This document shows, one piece after another, positions 51,835 to 56,151 of a stretch of DNA of 56,151 nucleotides. Below the pieces are notes generated by a model. The model saw nothing but the letters and a program-made list of their open reading frames with translations. It ran no database searches and was not told the origin of the DNA. Positions within the stretch are counted from its first letter, which is position 1. Each line of letters opens with the position of its first letter. Both the position numbers and the translations under genes were made by a program. The stretch is from Candidatus Kaiserbacteria bacterium (GTDB lineage: Bacteria; Patescibacteriota; Minisyncoccia; Phycocordibacterales; UBA918), in contig JAYTKW010000008.1 in NCBI GenBank assembly GCA_043729945.1, positions 1 to 56,151 of the forward strand. The letters are read 5' to 3'.

Positions 51835-52167
51835 ATGTCAGAAAATATAAACCAGGTTGCTTGTCCAATTAAACCGCTGGGAGATCGCGTGGTCGTCAGA
51901 CCATTAACGGAAACCGAAATGGGGACGATGTCACCGTCGGGGATTATTATTCCGGAGACCGCCAAGAAAGAAAAACCAGAGCAAGGAATGGTGATCGCAG
52001 TTGGTACTGGCAAGTGGGACGAAGACGGCGAGAAGCGTCTTTCAATGGAAGTTAAAGTGGGGGACAAGGTACTCTTTTCAAAATATGGTTATGATGAAGT
52101 AAAGATTGAAAACAAAGAGTATTTTATTGTGTCTGAACAGAGTATTCTCGGAATTTTTACTAGTTAG
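51835..52167 (+). CDS. groES: Co-chaperonin GroES
   Basis: IKPLGDRVVVRP, the mobile-loop region, and GMVIAVGTG. Confidence 0.95.
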   Translation: MSENINQVACPIKPLGDRVVVRPLTETEMGTMSPSGIIIPETAKKEKPEQGMVIAVGTGKWDEDGEKRLSMEVKVGDKVLFSKYGYDEVKIENKEYFIVSEQSILGIFTS

Positions 52168-53821
<1,654 letters not shown>

Positions 53822-53823
<2 letters not shown>

Positions 53824-53942
53824 AAGCTTAAAATCGGCCAGCTACTTTGTTGCACTGCAGAAATTTACCATCACCCTACAGTAAGTAGGGCTCACGTAAA
53901 TTTCATTGTGCGCCTCGTATCTGTCTCGATTTATAGACTTTT
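53822..53942 (+). repeat. Extended-hairpin 3'-UTR element, copy E1 (121 nt)
   Basis: Outer stem AAAAGCTTAAAATCG / CGATTTATAGACTTTT, middle stem GAAATTTAC / GTAAATTTC, and apical hairpin CACCCTAC-AGTAA-GTAGGGCTCAC. It overlaps the groEL stop codon. Confidence 0.82.
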
Positions 53943-53958
53943 AACTAAAAATAAAACA

Positions 53959-54077
53959 GAACGGTAAAATCACTGCATCTGCTTCGTTAGCCTTCAGAAA
54001 ATTATTCTCAACGTACAGAAAGTACGTCTCGAAAAATTTTCCTCGTCCGCCTCGCAGCTACAGCAATTTAACCATTC
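53959..54077 (+). repeat. Extended-hairpin 3'-UTR element, copy E2 (119 nt)
   Basis: Outer stem GAACGGTAAAATCACTG / CAGCAATTTAACCATTC (imperfect), middle stem GAAAATT / AATTTTC, and apical hairpin CAACGTAC-AGAAA-GTACGTCTC. Confidence 0.78.
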
Positions 54078-54105
54078 TTATCTACTCTTCATTAAGATAA
54101 AAACA

Positions 54106-54132
54106 GAAAAAGAGCCTGGCGGCTCTTTTTCT
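54106..54132 (+). terminator. Intrinsic terminator of the groESL transcript, downstream of E1/E2
   Basis: AAAAAGAGCC-TGGC-GGCTCTTTTTCTTT. Confidence 0.82.
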
Positions 54133-54258
54133 TTGTTCGTCTTTGCTTAATTGTAAGTGTGGCAATCCACGTTGTGTATTTTGTAAAATAAAATAAGCGC
54201 AGACCATTATAGTCCGCGCCTAGTTAACTGTTTCTTACGTGAGTCCTGATAGTTATCC

Positions 54259-54627
54259 TTATTTTTTATACTGCCTCACCCCATCGTTATCTCTCAATAA
54301 TTGTTCTAAGGTAGGTATTCTATAACCTGCCCCATATAGTGTTTGGATAAAAGAAAAACCAGCTGCTTGATCCTTAAATAGTTTATTCCTGATTCTTTTA
54401 ATATGTGAGGGGATAGAATCTAGCGAAGTCTTTGGATAATCGTTCTCAGATAGGGCACTCCTAAGTTGATCAATGCTACAAAATTTACCTTGTCGCTCCA
54501 TCAATTTCTCAAGCAATAAGAATTCACCTTTTGTGATCTTGCATACGTTGCTAAATACCCTTACTTCAAACTTTTCTCTATCCAAACAAACCCCTAAACA
54601 GTATAGTGTGCTTGTGTCTAAGACCAT
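54259..54627 (-). CDS. Stand-alone OmpR/PhoB-type winged-helix DNA-binding protein (no receiver domain)
   Basis: LTKGEFLLLEKLMERQGKFCSIDQL......D...SLDSIPSHIKRIRNKL......FIQTLYGAGYRI. The ATG at 54627 has GAGGAG 7 nt upstream. The ORF-track start at 54690 is a TTG. Confidence 0.75.
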   Translation of the reverse strand: MVLDTSTLYCLGVCLDREKFEVRVFSNVCKITKGEFLLLEKLMERQGKFCSIDQLRSALSENDYPKTSLDSIPSHIKRIRNKLFKDQAAGFSFIQTLYGAGYRIPTLEQLLRDNDGVRQYKK

Positions 54628-54741
54628 CCCGAATCTCCTCAAAGGCCTATGTTTAGTCAAAATATACGCTTCTGGTAGTGAGCTTGTCAAATGTGGGATT
54701 ATGTTATACTAGATACACTTAATTAGTAAGTTTTATATTTT

Positions 54742-55323
54742 ATGATCACTTGGATTATTTTGGGGGTGGTTGCAGTGCTCGCGGTGTATTTTATTATGAC
54801 GTACAACACGTTTGTTAAATTAACGCAGCGAACCAAAGAGGCTTGGGCTGATATTGATGTGCAGCTCAAACGCCGCTATGACTTGATTCCTAACTTGGTG
54901 GAGAGCGTTAAGGGCTACGCTGCCCATGAACGCGAGACACTTGATGCGGTAATGACGGCGCGCGCGGCTGCTACCCAGGTCCACGTTGATCCAACCGGGA
55001 TTACAGCTGAACAGATTACAGCTATGGCCGGAGCAGAATCAGCTCTTGGTGGCGCCTTGGGTAAACTGATGGCCGTAGCTGAGGCGTATCCTGACCTCAA
55101 AGCCAACCAGAATTTCCTGCAACTACAAAACGAATTAGTAGATACTGAAAATAAAATCCAGGCCTCACGTCGTTTCTATAACGGCAATGCTCGTGATCTT
55201 AAAATCGGACTACAATCTTTCCCAGGCAATGTTATCGGTAATATCTTTCACTTTACCGAAGAGGAATTTTTTGAACTGGCTGAAAACGCCGCTGAGCGAG
55301 AAGTGGTGAAAGTTACTTTCTAA
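54742..55323 (+). CDS. lemA: LemA-family protein
   Basis: N-terminal TM segment followed by YNTFVKL.....EAWADIDVQLKRRYDLIPNLVE.VKGYA.HE..TL..V..AR. Confidence 0.92.
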   Translation: MITWIILGVVAVLAVYFIMTYNTFVKLTQRTKEAWADIDVQLKRRYDLIPNLVESVKGYAAHERETLDAVMTARAAATQVHVDPTGITAEQITAMAGAESALGGALGKLMAVAEAYPDLKANQNFLQLQNELVDTENKIQASRRFYNGNARDLKIGLQSFPGNVIGNIFHFTEEEFFELAENAAEREVVKVTF

Positions 55324-55336
55324 TAGGGTATTAAAT

Positions 55337-56151
55337 ATGGCTACCCCAATTATGCTGGGTGGAAAGAAAATTGGTCGCTTGCGCGCCAGTTTTCTGTTAT
55401 TCAAAGAATCGTGGCGTTTTCTCGCGGCCGATAAGGAACTAGTAGTTATTCCGGTGATTACAGCAGTCCTCAACCTGGCCTTGGTTGGACTCGTATTTAC
55501 GGTATTTATTGTCAGTCAGGGTGGTTGGTCGGCACTGACAGTAGGGGACGGTGCGGACACTGCAATTAATCTGGCTACATACCTGTTTGCATTTATGATC
55601 TACGTGGTCGGAGCGTTTACCTTGGCGGTATCGCAGGCGGCTATTGTCCATACGGTTTACACTCGTGCCCATGGCGGTAATGCCACGCTCGGACAGTCAC
55701 TCCAGGTAGCATTTTCACACACGCCGTCACTTTTGGTATGGTCACTCATTACGAGCACGGTAGGAATGATTTTGCAGCAAATTTCGCAGCGGTCGAAAAT
55801 AATTGGCGCCATTGTAGCATTCTTGCTTGGTACGGCTTGGAACGTTCTGACATATTTCGTTATTCCGGCTATGGTCCTCGATAAAAAATCAGCCTTTGCT
55901 GCCATCCCCCACGCCACTACAGTATTTAAACGAACGTGGGGCGAGACGCTGGTTACCAACATCTCGCTGGGATTATTTTTCTTTGTAGCGTATATGTTGG
56001 TTCTGGCTTCGTTTGTTGGGTTAATGATTGCAGGGATTAGCACCAATAATGTAATCCTCACTATAGTTGCCATAATGTTTGGCGTTGTATGGCTGATTGT
56101 CGCCAGTTTGGTTCAGGCGGCCTTGCAAGGGGTTATTAAAACGCTCCTATA
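55337..56151 (+). CDS. Polytopic membrane protein downstream of lemA, 3'-truncated by the window end
   Basis: Open frame from the ATG at 55337 to the end of the window. It is not in the ORF track because no stop codon is reached. At least 5 hydrophobic helices are present. Confidence 0.72.
   Translation, partial: MATPIMLGGKKIGRLRASFLLFKESWRFLAADKELVVIPVITAVLNLALVGLVFTVFIVSQGGWSALTVGDGADTAINLATYLFAFMIYVVGAFTLAVSQAAIVHTVYTRAHGGNATLGQSLQVAFSHTPSLLVWSLITSTVGMILQQISQRSKIIGAIVAFLLGTAWNVLTYFVIPAMVLDKKSAFAAIPHATTVFKRTWGETLVTNISLGLFFFVAYMLVLASFVGLMIAGISTNNVILTIVAIMFGVVWLIVASLVQAALQGVIKTLL

Overview
This is a 56 kb bacterial chromosomal window read with the standard genetic code. It is gene dense and mostly plus-strand. 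All product calls come from motifs I recognised by eye, because no database search was possible.

Housekeeping genes: tRNA-Gln, groES-groEL, RNase J, secG and a class II photolyase.

Other annotated functions:
- OmpR/histidine-kinase two-component pair
- P1B-4 type heavy-metal ATPase
- three glycoside hydrolases (GH3, GH1 and a clan GH-A enzyme)
- DsbA-like oxidoreductase, ATP-grasp enzyme, HAD phosphatase, MFS transporter, family-5 solute-binding protein and LemA

The gene content and the many exported proteins of unknown function suggest a small-genome Gram-positive-type or CPR/Saccharibacteria-like organism. That placement is a low-confidence inference.

Accessory content:
- a frameshifted RAYT-like (IS200/Y1 HUH) transposase gene flanked by 22-bp inverted repeats, directly abutting a relE/phd toxin-antitoxin pair
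- an IS3-family transposase remnant
- a four-gene cluster (16.8-23.1 kb) of exported Gly-rich, collagen-like, DUF11-like and Cna-B-like surface proteins

The most striking signal is non-coding. It is a family of about 111-121 nt extended imperfect hairpins, with six clear copies at four loci, two of them tandem pairs.
- At each locus the first copy starts 0-4 nt after a stop codon.
- Every copy is oriented with the upstream gene.
- Where a terminator is visible, the copies lie between the stop codon and that terminator.
- Stem sequences differ between copies but stay complementary, while the internal-loop motifs are conserved.

Other observations:
- a duplicated GH1 5' end separated by a three-hairpin spacer
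- a promoter-to-terminator GC-rich candidate sRNA
- a perfect 22-bp inverted repeat embedded in a gene's 3' end
- widespread leaderless-type promoter geometry, with TGnTATACT placed 5-10 nt before the ATG
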